In this document: positions 26,701 to 39,051 of the stretch, in pieces
Layout: each line of letters opens with the position of its first letter
How positions within the stretch are numbered: the stretch's first letter is position 1
Assembly (NCBI GenBank): GCA_043228905.1
Contig: JBHGNT010000016.1
Coordinates: 8,432,001-8,496,000, forward strand
Reading direction: 5' to 3'
Source of the DNA: Azolla caroliniana
Taxonomy: Eukaryota; Plantae; Polypodiophyta
DNA length: 64,000 nucleotides
Position numbers and translations under genes: made by a program
Notes under the pieces: model-generated
The model's input: the letters and a program-made list of their open reading frames with translations, nothing else
The model's database searches: none
Told to the model about the DNA's origin: nothing

Positions 26701-27422
26701 AATAAACAGGGTCACCAAAACAATATCTAACTTCTCCTTATCCAATCGTTGCAAGCTCTATTTATGTAGTTTCAAACAATGGGGCTACGTTGAGTAGCAA
26801 TCAGGCAAGCATTTTCACAATGCTGGGTAACATGTTAAAAAATTCAAATTCTCATTAATCTTGAATTTCCAGTATACACCTCTGATGCCACTGCTGTTGG
26901 TGGTTCAATAGATGAATGCCACGTTGAGTACAGTATTTTTTTGAAGAACCATCTAGCTTGTATGTTTATGATACATTTCAGTTTATTAATCATGTCAAGT
27001 TCTGAATCATTATCTTCTTTTTGTAGTTGAGAGTTGATAATTGTTATTTTAAAATGTAAACACTATGCTTTTGCCATCTGGATCTTTTTGTATTGCAGAT
27101 TGGTTAATGTTTTAAAAAATATAACTGTTTTGTTTTTGCCAGAGGTGTAGAGGCAGGGCTGCATTTTGATGATGTGTCTTGAAGAATGGTTGGATTCAGT
27201 AAGAAACAAGTCATGTAAGCACAGGGCATTGGGGTTGAATGAACGCACACTGCCTAGCGGATTCAAATTATAAGGCTATGTACATAGTGTCATTGTTACT
27301 ATGTACACACGAAGCTTATTGTGATTTGGATTTTAAACAGTGATGCTGTGGAGTTTCTTGCTAAGGAGGGTTTGATATATTCAACTATTGGTGATGATTA
27401 TTACAAGTCCACTAGTGTCTAA
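23795..27422 (+). pseudogene. RPA2: Replication protein A 32-kDa subunit (RPA2/RPA32), multi-exon, probably pseudogenised
   Basis: Exons encode GGGFMPSQ (23795-23890), LLPLTVKQI..FFVDGVDVSN (25701-25814), VTLAGMV..LDHFTGRVEV, IHGHLRSFQGKRIIVAFSIRPVTDFNE and the C-terminal winged helix EGLIYSTIGDDYYKST*. Lesions: in-frame TGA at 27180-27182, a defective donor near 25992 and an apparent ~170-bp insertion near 26215. Confidence 0.85.
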
Positions 27423-30095
27423 GAACCAGATCGAAATACATGAGTATGGTTTTTAAAGGATGTGCTATTTATATTCTACGTAATGAGCATTCACAGCGAA
27501 AGTTCTTGTTTTTATGGTTTCACACAAGTTCTCATCTTAAAATGTATGGGGAATTGCAGTCAGGATTGTTTTTGCCAAGGAAGATTCAGATATTTCATTA
27601 ATCCACGTGTACTGTAATAGTGCCTAATGAGGGCATCATGCTTTGGGGGGGAGAACCTATGCCGAAGAAAATACTAATTCTTTTATAATATCATGTATTT
27701 GTTGTTTTGGCTGCAGATTTCTTTTGACTGGGCGGATTATATGTATAGCAGTCTTATTGTTATCTTGAAATATGTCTTTATTAATCAACTCTCCCATTAT
27801 CGTAATTGTAATCAGATTTGAAATGTGGTGAAAGAGACCTTGCTTAACTTATTTGTTTGATGTTAGCAAATTTTCTGGGCCTGATCTTTGCCTATACTTG
27901 AGGTAAAGCAATTTTCTGTTATCACATGCTCCCTTCCTTCAAGCTTACATGGGCGGCATTATGTCCATGAGGATTATAAAGAAAACCAGCATGAAGTTGA
28001 AGCAATTCCCAAAAGTATGATATAATTAATTGATAGGGTTCACAGTAGCCTAAATGCCATGATTTAAATGCGCTAATCCATCTTTTGGCCCATAATCACT
28101 TGTTAGATTTCATCACCATGTGCAACAGGTTTGGAGGTATACAGATTTTCTCAGACAGTTGTTGATCCTTGATGACACGCTGTGTTCTGACATACTGCCC
28201 TATGATATGAACCTGACCCAACATCATCTTTCTGAATTTCAGATATTTGGTAAACTCAGAACATCTTCCTCTGGAACATGCAATATTGTGCCACGCCATT
28301 AATGCTGAAGTTAGTAGTTTGTTTAACTGTCATTATAATGTTTTCTTTACTATTTGAAGCGTCGTTGCAAGGAATCTGATTTAGGACTTTTTGATAATCA
28401 ATTTCTATTTCAGCTTCACCTTATTGCCTTTTGGCTAAAATTCTGTAACATCCTAATTGCTTATCCTTAAAATATCTGTATAATCTTTTGTTCATTTGAT
28501 AGAATATATCCTGATAATTGATGGACAATGTGTTAACTATGTTACTATATATCTAGAACTACTGATGACAGCATTGTGAGGCATTATATCATTTTCTTGC
28601 ACGTCATATCAATCCCCATATTACACATGCCGATGGTTGAACTTATACTCATTATCAACAGACAACAGCACACATGCATGGAAGCTTAACAAATCAGTTT
28701 GAGGAAAAATACGCTCTGATTGTTCTTACACCAAATGTTTCAACTTCTGGGTTTAGATCTGCTCATTGGTGTTTTAGAAGATGTGGCTATGTAACTAAAC
28801 TTAGCCATCAAAAGTATTCAAGTAAACTTAATTGCCAGAAGGGATGTGATTGGTAATGCAAAAACCATGTTTTGAGTGCATGGTAGAAATGTTCATGTTT
28901 AAAACCAGCCATAATATCAACACAGGCAGCAAATTTCTATCTCCTGCTATTATCAACTGAGTTATCTGTAGAAGAGGGAATACACCATGTGAGCTTACAT
29001 CAATTGGTCTAAGCTTCTGGCTTTAAATGATGAAATCATTGATGCGATAGAACATATGGATCTGTGACCCAACCTAGTCATCAAATAAGTGCAAATAAAC
29101 TTAATTTTCAAAATTATGTGATTCATGGTTCAAAAGCTCAACTCATGATTGCAGGGCCTGGATTCTGGTAGGCATGCTTTAATTTGAGCCTACTCATAAC
29201 ATTACCAACAGAAATAATGAATCTCTAGCACCAACTATTACAAGAAGAGAACAGCAGCAATAATGGATGACATCTTGCATATTACAGGAATCTTGTGCTG
29301 AACAAATTGAAACCAAGGTTCTGCTTTGCACAACTGAAAACATCCATTTAGTAATCTAAAGGATATTTCACAGTACAAGGCCAGAAATAGGAACACCATC
29401 TCAGTGTTTGGATTAATAAACGGTGGATTTCCAACTTATATTAAGATGCTACAGAATTGTGAACAGAGGGCATAGAAGAAAACAATTTTCTTAATTGATA
29501 ATTATATCAAATCAGGAGAAAACAGTATTTGTATACATGCTACACTAATTAAGCAGTTTTACAGCTGAATGATTCTTTTCAAGTTACAACTGCTTGTATC
29601 AACAGTTGTGTGCATATAGATAATTTTGTGCATTATATCACAGAAATGGTTCAGTCTTTACTTTATCGAAAGAGAAGATTTTCCAGGATCTAGTTTTGAC
29701 ACTTCATATGTAGTAAAAAGAGTGTAAAGAAGAAATGAAGGAGGTTTTAGTAGGCAATACCAAGACGGAGTGATGTGGTCCCAAAATCTCACCCCAAAAC
29801 ATTTCATATGGGCATGCGAATATGACAGATACATGCCCAGTTCAAAAAAGTGGTGTGAACATACATAAAAAGAGGAATGAAATTGACCATGCTTCACCCT
29901 CCTGATACAATCAATAATGGGTGTTAAATGATGTGTATGAATCTGTATAAGCTAAGATTTAAGCCATGTCAAGTGAAGGGCAATCATCTCCATCTTGATT
30001 GCATATATGTAAAACATATCTTCAACTTGTGGGCTTGCTTGTAGTGATGTAAGATTGAAAAATTGTATGCCTATACAAATTAGGTCACATGAGCC

Positions 30096-33000
30096 CTAAC
30101 TTTCAACGCTTTCATCATCAGTACCATCTTCATTATCCGAGAACTGATCAAATTCAGGCAGACACTCTTTCAATACATCATAGAGAGCTGCTTCCTGTGC
30201 CCATGCAGCTGTATTCCTGACACCAAATTTATGGGATGAATTTTGGCAATTTGCTTTACTAGAGATAGCATTCAAGCCAGTTTCACTTCCTAAAGCCATT
30301 AAACATAAATGTTTTCCCAGAATCGCCAGCAGACCTCTAGCATACCTGGCTTTCAGTTTCTGTACCATTTTTGCTCTCTGACGGCTTGTCATATTTGGGC
30401 AAATCCTCGTTAAATCAAACTTTGGATTCAAAATAGAGAAGCTACCCTCATGTCTTGGCTTTACCTCAACTATCTGTTTAATTTCTTCAGGAGTGGGCAT
30501 AAGTTCCAGAGGAGGCATTAGATCTGGAAGATATGTTTGGGTAGATACAGCTAGATTCTCTGTTTTTATTGTAGTGTGCTTTACGTCAACTAATGCACAC
30601 ACACTACCGTTCGGGATTTGATTACCTATGGACTTAACAAAAGGGATTTTGACTGGTGGTTGGATTACAATGGGGTTTGTGACAGGAGTTATCTGTGGCA
30701 GGGGTTGCATATGGGCGACCATGTTACCCACAGTAATTGGTATCAGAGCTGTTTGTGCAACATTTCCCATGGACAGAATTGGCATTAAGGATGCCGATGT
30801 CATTTGGGTAGCTGGGTCAACATTGTTAGTGACCAGATATGGTTCCTGTGATATTTGAGGACCATCGCTCATTGCAAATATAGGGGGTTCTTGAGATCCT
30901 TGAAATGCAAAGCCTAATGCACAATTAGGCTTTTGGCTTGCATTTATTCCATGTTCAACAGATGGAAATAAAGTCTTCTTTGTTACATTATCCAGTGACC
31001 TTGGATTATTATTGCTAGTTGTCTCCCCTGTTAGAGGCGTGCTGCATGTGGCTGATTCTGATATATGTGATGCCTGAATTACATTGCCCATTGCCACATC
31101 AAGCTTTTGAGATGCATGAATTATATTTCCCATAGCACTATCAATCCTTTCAGCTGCTTGAATCACGTTCCCCATTGCAGTATCAATTGTCTGGGCAGCT
31201 TGGATTACATTGCACATTGCCTCATTAGCTCTCCTGGTTGCTTCCCTTTCTGTTCCATGTACAAAATCTTTGGAAAACGTATCTTCAATTCCAGTTTCGG
31301 TAGTTCTCTGAACTGCTTGAATACCATGACCCAATTTCTCCACAGTTGTTTTCATCTCTCTGCCCAACTGCATTACAATCCTTTGGGCTGATTGTATCTC
31401 TCTCCCCAATTGAACTGTCCTCTGAGCTGCTCGGATTCCTCTCTCCAATTCCTCCATACTCTTTCTTTCGAGCCTTTCTGGTAACCGTGTCATTAAGTTC
31501 TCAGTATTGGAATCAATCTTATCTGAGTTCATGGCCAGCACACAAGGCTCATGGTTGTTTTTTGGAGCTGTTAATAAACATCAAACCCTAAGAAGGGTTT
31601 CCAGCCATTGCAAAGGAGCATATCAGAGAAAAAAAATCTTCAAAGACTGAGAACAACTCACCTGGTTTTTGCAGCCATTGCCATAGCCTGGAGGCTTGCT
31701 TATTGGCAATGTCCTTTGGAGAGGACAAATTCTTTGACTTCTTCTTGCTGAGCAGCTTTTGTGGACTTTCTTGTGGAGCAATTCTTTTCAATCCAATTGG
31801 CGAGATGGGTGGTTGTATGCTGGTAGAGGTGGGAACAAGAACATTTGGTTGTACAGAAGAGGATGGAATCTCTTCAGCTACAGGGGCAGATATTGGAGGT
31901 AACTGTGGTAGAGGAAAACTTCCATGACCGGTAGGTGTATTCATTGAAGGGCCAACTAAGAAGCCCCTAGACTGTTGGCATGGTGGTGTATAAGGAGTGA
32001 TCTCTGCACATTCCAATCTCTGGTCGAAACTGTTCCTCCCTATAGTCAGAGCTGTACCAGAGGCAACAGTAGCAGCGGCAACATTACTGAGGAGCCTCCT
32101 GCCCCTATGTCTTCTTCTTATCCTTCCTTTCCCAGTACTCAAGAAGTGTATGACTTCATTCCGGGAGCGGAAACGACGGCCTGATATGAGGTCCTTGTAA
32201 TACTGCTCAAACCAAAGAGCCAAACAAACTGACATAAGCTCAGGAACAATGAAAAGATCCTCATTTTCAATATGGAGAAACAAAAACAAAGACGTTTTTG
32301 ATGCGTGAATGATGAGCCTTGACATTTGGCCTCTCCTTCAATGTAGGGTTGGAGAGATCTGGAGAAAGAAATCGAGCCTAGGAAAGAGAGGAATACCTTG
32401 TCTCGAGTGCCAGCTGTGGTGCCAGTTCTGCGTGTCTGAACTTCTGTTACCCACCCTTCTGGCAACCATGCAGGGGACTTGATGGTATACTTGGTGATAA
32501 TAACTTCTCCAGTTGGGGTAGAGGGAGTGTCAGGATCGGTAGACGGAGGAGAAAATGCACCACCGCCATCGCCGCTGTGACATCCTTCTTCTTCACCCTT
32601 TACAAAATGGTTTGAATGGGCAATTGTAGGGCTGCGAGGTGGAGATTGCGGAGGCGGTTTGGGTAGTTGGAGAACAGCAGAATCGCTAGATCTCATTGCC
32701 TGGGCAGTAGAAAGAGCCTGTGCATGACCAGCAGAATGGAGCAGAGGGGAAGGGGCAGGAACAGTGGTGACAATGCCCTCTTCCCTCTTTACCTGATTCA
32801 AATGTGCAGATGGGGGCGGGTGTGTAGATGGGTGGGCTTGTGAGGGAGCAGGGGGGTCAGATATCAGGGTCTTAGAGGATGAAATGGGCACAGGGGTGAT
32901 GAAGGCAGTGGCAGTGGCAGATTGGGGTGGACGAGGTAAGATGAAGGATTGATGGGGGAGCTTCTGGTGATATTGAAACCCGGTGGCGGCTTCCATAGCA

Positions 33001-33521
33001 GCCCCTCCTTTCTGAGCAACAAGCACACCTTGGAAAACCTCCTGCCAATTAGAGAGCCACGAGGCATTGCCTCCTCCTCCTCTATGTTGCTGTTGTTGCT
33101 GCAAAAACCCAACAGCAGCAGCGGTGGCCATGGGGTGGAGGTATGGGTGGGTAGGCTGTGGCGGCAGAGGAAGCAGATGAGACTGAGCAGCTTCTAGATG
33201 ATGAGGCAGGGGCAGAGGCAGAGGCAGAGATGGGGATGATGCCAAAACATGTTGATGATGATTGAGGTTGGAAGGATTAGCATACATACCATGAATGGTC
33301 CAATTGGTGGGCGCTGTTGATGGCCCTCCTCCTCCTCTGTCTCCCCCTACTGTGGTTCTTGAAACACCTGGAAATGGCGGCAACGGAGGTACTACTACCT
33401 TCACATCCCCAAGTCCGCCGAAATCCTGTTGGCAGTTATTGTTGAGGTCTAGGGTGTGCCTGTTGAGATCCAGGGGCAATTTCCTACTGTACATGATCAC
33501 TTCAGAGGGCTGCTGCAGCAT
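30096..33521 (-). CDS. Methyl-CpG-binding domain (MBD) protein, 3 exons (33521-32397, 32202-31662, 31567-30096), ~1045 aa
   Basis: Spliced MBD: PAWLPEGWVTEVQTRRTGTTAGTRDK|YYKDLISGRRFRSRNEVIHFLSTG. GT-AG junctions are phase-compatible, giving a continuous 3138-nt frame. The N-terminus is low-complexity P/Q/H-rich. Confidence 0.88.
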
Positions 33522-33674
33522 CTTTTCGGCTCATGTAGTCTCTCAAAGAAGAACAGGGGAAGGAAAGGAGACGGCGGGGGAAGGGTGCTTCGGAGGGGAA
33601 CCATTCACTGCAACTGCAACTGCAACTGCAACCAAGAGGAGGAGGAAGGGGAGCAGCAGGGCCAGGCGAGGTAA

Positions 33675-33676
<2 letters not shown>

Positions 33677-33726
<50 letters not shown>

Positions 33727-33930
33727 CCTGTCTCTGTCTCTGTCTCTGTCTCTATCCCTGTGTCTTTCTCCTCTGGTTCAAGAAACAAATGGGCTAAGGA
33801 ATTGAGAGAGAGAGAGAGAGAGAGGCCCACACTTCAGAGGTGGTTCTCTTTTGCCCGAGAGAGAGACAGAGAAGAAAGAAAAGAGCAGAGAATAGATAGA
33901 GAGATAAAGAGAGAGAGAGAGAGAGAGAGA
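33677..33930. repeat. (CT)n/(GA)n microsatellites in the MBD gene 5' region
   Basis: Dinucleotide tracts read directly from the sequence. Confidence 0.9.
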
Positions 33931-36553
33931 GAAGTTTTTTGTCCGTCTTCTATTGTCTATGTTTCTGTTTTAAACTCCTATCGTAGAATGAAGAAAAAGT
34001 GACCCACACCCAAAAACCTAACCGGGATTACCAACCTTTGAAACACACACATGAACAAAATATATAGTAGTATATATTGGAAACATACATACACAAATAC
34101 ACACATACATGCATTACATACAAATACATCATCATGGACCACCATCCCCCATATAACCTCACACCCCAAGTGGTGGTGTGTGGGACACTCCCCCCCTTCT
34201 CTCATATTTGACATGACTCGACATGACACGACATGACATGACATGATGAACTTCCACCTCTCTCTTGCCCCACCTCTTCTCCCCCTCGGTCCCCCCCCCC
34301 CCTTCATTTTGTCCCTTCTTCGAGTTGTTGACACATAGCTAGACATTTGCTTGCTTTCTACTTTCTGCTTTCTACCTCACGCATTCTGGCTTCATCTTCA
34401 AACATTGGCCTAACTCTCTTTACTCTTCCCCCACACGACCCGCAACTACCTTTATATGCATCCCGTTGTGTACGAGTTATTTCTGCATCTAGTCTTTTTT
34501 ATTATCTCTAGATATCAATATGATTAACATCCTTGTGGGCCATCCATAATGCATATATGCCCTCTTTTTTTCGCATGTTGTGAGGTTGAGGTCAATGCAT
34601 ATATATTTGGAAGAAATAACATAATGTTAAGCATAGAAACATGATCGAATGCTTCATGCTTTAAAGGTGTTCAACAACTCGACAATCAAGACAAGTGGGG
34701 GGGGGGGGGGGGGGGGGGGGAGATTTCCATTACTCCACCGTTCATGTGTCGCAAACCCATGCAATTGTTAGGTTCACGATGGACATATTTTCAACCTACT
34801 TGTGTGCCAATGATTTTTCAGAATGTTGATTAGATGTTTTAGAGTCATGGAGATTTATGCTGGACAAAAGATTGAAACAATGGAATCTTATAGAGAAATA
34901 AATAAATAAGGACCCCAAGTGCGATAATGTCAATAATACCCATTGTATTTTTTGCAATAATTCAAAACATACCCTTGCCAAAGAAGAACATATCCCACAA
35001 CGCCCATAAATTTAGTTTTCTCCTAAATTTCAGCGTTAAATAAACATGCTATACAAAATCATGTGCAAGCATCTCCATAGTAATATTAATTCAAAAATTA
35101 GGCAATAACATGCTACAAAGAAGAACAAGGATAATACTAAGAATATCACACATTGTGGTTAGATTGCATACTTTGATCACAATGTTATGCATGTTAATAA
35201 AAAGACTAAACACAAGTCTTCTATTATGAGACACCAACCTTAAGGAGAAATTGATTGTATGGGCTACATTTTGACCAATTGTATATTTTTTGAGAACATG
35301 AGGGTATTATTGATATTACCCCCATACATGAGGGATATTTTATAATAATCTTCTTGTATTCCATAAACCTCAAAAGAATGTCCTCCATGCATTGTTTTTT
35401 GAGTTTATGGACTTCCCACATGACACCAATCATGGTGATAATTTTTTGTTAATGCATGTGAACCAACAACAGTCCTTCCTTAAGTGTGTGGGAATCATAG
35501 TGACTTCAATGGTTAGATAAAATTGTGTCCCATGTCTTAAATTGAGCCTCTAGATCAACGACAAAATCATATGGGTCCTAACTTATAAGGTAAGTTTAAG
35601 GACTGCACAAACAAATATAGTCTTTCCACATCTATCTACTTTACAATTTTGTAGATAAATACATAATCCATAATGCCATTCCAATCTAGGAGATTTTCAT
35701 ATCAAAGACGAAAAAGTCTTGTGTTAGATATCCTTTTCCATCATGTTAAACCAATACTTCATTTGGTTCAAACTTCAAATTGTGATTTTCAAGTGAATGA
35801 GTCAACATCATAGTTGCCTTGTTATTTGTGGTAGAACAGATAGGTTCTTTTGCATAACCCCCTGTAAACTAAGGATAAATTCACTCTAACATTGGTGAAT
35901 TGAAAGGAAAGTATGTCTTGCATAAGATTTTTCAGATTTTTGAAAGACCCATTAACCTCAAGTAGAGGAAGAGGCAAAACTTTCGAAAGTGTTAGAATAC
36001 CCTAACCTTCTAGAGGAAACACTAATTCTTTTATTACCTCAAGAGAGGAGAGAGAAACTAAAGGTAGAAAGAGATTATGTCATATCCAGCCTATGTGCAC
36101 AAAATGCTATGGTGTTGAAGATCCTTTCCACCCGAAAATGAGAAAAAAGTGATTATGTTTTTTGCCAACACAATGTGGACCCAACCTCATTTTAATGCAT
36201 CTTTTCTTTAGTGTAGCTTGTTGAAGAAGTGAAAGCCATCAATTAGAATCTAACAAGGCGATTGATTATACTTTAAAACATACAAATGAAGAAGAGAGTT
36301 CATCTTATTTCTTCTCATTCATTTAGGTTGGATTTACGGTTACAACGATGAAAGGAATAAAAAACGTGCATGTCCAATCAAAAGTCTCCTAGTTCACAAG
36401 GCCCATTTACATTAAAGAAGGAAGAATATATTTTTCCCTTGTATTTCTACTTCTCGCCCCACTGTTTTGTGGTCATATGTGTCTTGGCCTAAATCAAATA
36501 AACTTTTGGTCGTGGACAAGAGATCATGTTTTCTTCTCATTTGTTCTTTAAGT

Positions 36554-36554
<1 letters not shown>

Positions 36555-36586
<32 letters not shown>

Positions 36587-38538
36587 TATTAACGTCTTCT
36601 TAAGGCCAAAATTGGCCCATGAGACAGTTGGTTTACAACAAAATTGGTATTTATCCAATCATCAAAACTAAAATAAAATAAAGTAAAAATAGAACTTAAA
36701 CTAAAAGAGTTCTAGTAGTGTACAAAATGTGGTATACTTGATAAAAGGAAGTGACTTTGCACTAAGCCAAATTTCATTTCCACCCAAGCCTCTTGAAAAG
36801 AAGTGGGAAGTCAAAGGGTTTTGGTGTGGGTGTGACCCATGGTCTCAGTGTATAGAGTGCCCCAACCATGGCTTGTAGACGGTGTGGCTCTTGTTCCCTT
36901 ATTTTCTTTGTTGCTTCTACACCACGTCAAGTTGCTTTGAAATCCAACATCTGAGGGCGTTTGATTCTTCTTTGGTTTTTTGCTTCATCAAGGAAAAGGC
37001 CAAGTGGTGCAGGTGTGTCGACATTCGTTGTCTCCCCATGTTCCTGAAAACTTCATTTCTTACATGTTGGTGGGCATTAGCAACATTATTGTCAACATTT
37101 TGTAACTTATCCTCTCTATGTTGTTTTAGCTCTAGGATGTATTTGCCTAATTTCTTTATATCTAGAGTATCTAATAGTTTGGGAAGGGTAGGAGAGGAAC
37201 CAAATATGTCTTGGTATTTTGCCCTTATTTCGGCGTAGGTGGGACACTTGCATGTAAAGTGGTACTCATCCTCTATCTCTATGGGGCATAACCTAGATAT
37301 CATTTCCTCCCTAGGGACTCCATTAGTAGGACCATTCTCAATCTCAAGTTGGTGAGATGATATTCTAAGTTGTCCAATAGCAACCCTTAGTGCATGTGGT
37401 AAGAATACATCTAGATATTTTGGCCACGTAATAAAACCTAACTTAGAGAAGTGCATGAAGTGTTCCTTATAGTACAACATTTTAGATGGGAGTGGCTCTA
37501 GTGGGATGATCCATTTATACCGAGTGTAAATTTGCTATATTTCTTAGCGTATTACTTTATTGTGGTCCTCATGAGAGATTAAAGTGTTATCAATCGCGTG
37601 GTTGTACCTAAGGGGAGGGAGGTTATTAATGTCTAGACTGTTCGCAAGATGCCAACTTACCATCATGCCATACCATGATCTAGTATAACCAGACTCATAC
37701 AGTGATCGAGAGGCCGTAAAGGCTTGATGGGATATTCTATCATGTGGTTGGCTATGTATCCTGTGGATAAAGACTACAAGTTGAAAAAGTGTCTCTACTA
37801 ACATCGGGGGTAAAGTGAACTCAACCCTAATAATGTCATGTGGTACTGTCGATTTGCTTCGGAGTTGGCGTTATAACATTATCACCAATGGTCTCTCTAA
37901 TTGCGTCCACATGAAAGATGGTAGTCCTAGAGCCCAAACCACTGATGCATACATGAGGGAGGGAGTCACTAATGAGTCAAAGAGCCACCCTTTAGTCCGT
38001 GGCTCTTGAAAGTATGCTTGATGGCATTGTCTCTCGAGGAGTGAGAGGGATGCATGTCCTCTCGTAAGTCTATCCTTTGCTGCTTGTGTCATCGAAAATT
38101 TACCTGAGCGGGCATTGAAAGTGACTCTGTGATAGACATATGATCTAACCACCTCAACTCGGCTATGGGAGATAGTTAGGTGACACTTAGCTCTAACTTT
38201 GGCCGATGTGTGGAAGATAAGGACTTTAGTTTTCCCTAGATTCACTACCAATCCTCGTTGTGCGCAAAAGTCATGTAAGGCATTAAGGTGCCTTTGTAGG
38301 TCGTGTTCGGATTCAGAGAGCAAAACTACGTCGTCTACATAGAGCAAGATACGAACTTGCGTTTCCCCAAGGACTACTCCGTTGCCTCCCTTACAAGCAA
38401 TAAAATCCGTGATCTCATCAATGTAGATCCCAAAAAGAGTCGGAGATAGGGGGCAACCTTGTTTTACACCAATAGTACTAGTGAAACAATTGGATAGACC
38501 ACCTGGGCATCAAACACACCCGGACACTTGTTCATATA
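36555..38538 (-). mobile_element. RTE-like LINE 3' half (RT plus C-terminal Cys/His motif), cut at 38538 by an LTR element
   Basis: GVKQGCPLSPTLFGIYID and LYVDDVVLL..VNLGKTKVL, then LRISSHQLEIENG..CPIEIEDEYHFTCKCP. It has a (CTTT)n tail at ~36555-36582. Confidence 0.85.
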
Positions 38539-39051
38539 TGTCATGAATACATAAGCATCATGAATATACAAGCATCATGGCTTCACTTGGGCTTGAACCC
38601 AAGACCTTGTAATACATAATCAAGAACCCAACCATTAAGATAGCATATAATCATATAAAATAATAAAAGCTACTTCTTGTAATAGACTGACTATTGTAAA
38701 CATTCTGGAACATTCTAGAACATTCTAGAATATCCTAGAACATCTTAGAATATTCTAGGTCTAGAACATTCTAGAATATCCTAGAACTTCTTAGAATATT
38801 CTAGGTCTAAAACATTCTAGAACATTATAGAAATCACTAGGCTATAGGAACCTATAAATATAGACATATAATTCTTCTCAAACCAATTCGAATCAACACC
38901 AGTCTTAAGCTTTTGTCGCCTATCTTGTATCCATCTTAGTTCTATCTTATTTATTAATACATTCATTCATCTCTTATCACTTCATTCTTCTCTTCTTGCG
39001 ATCTCTTTCCATCATTCTTCCACCACTCTATCTTTTCTCTTGGTTCTGACA
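38539..39051 (+). mobile_element. 5' LTR with TATA (38853-38860) and internal ttctagaa tandem repeats
   Basis: TGTCA...TGACA termini. Shares the ccagtcttaagc motif with the LTR at 696-1060. Confidence 0.85.
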
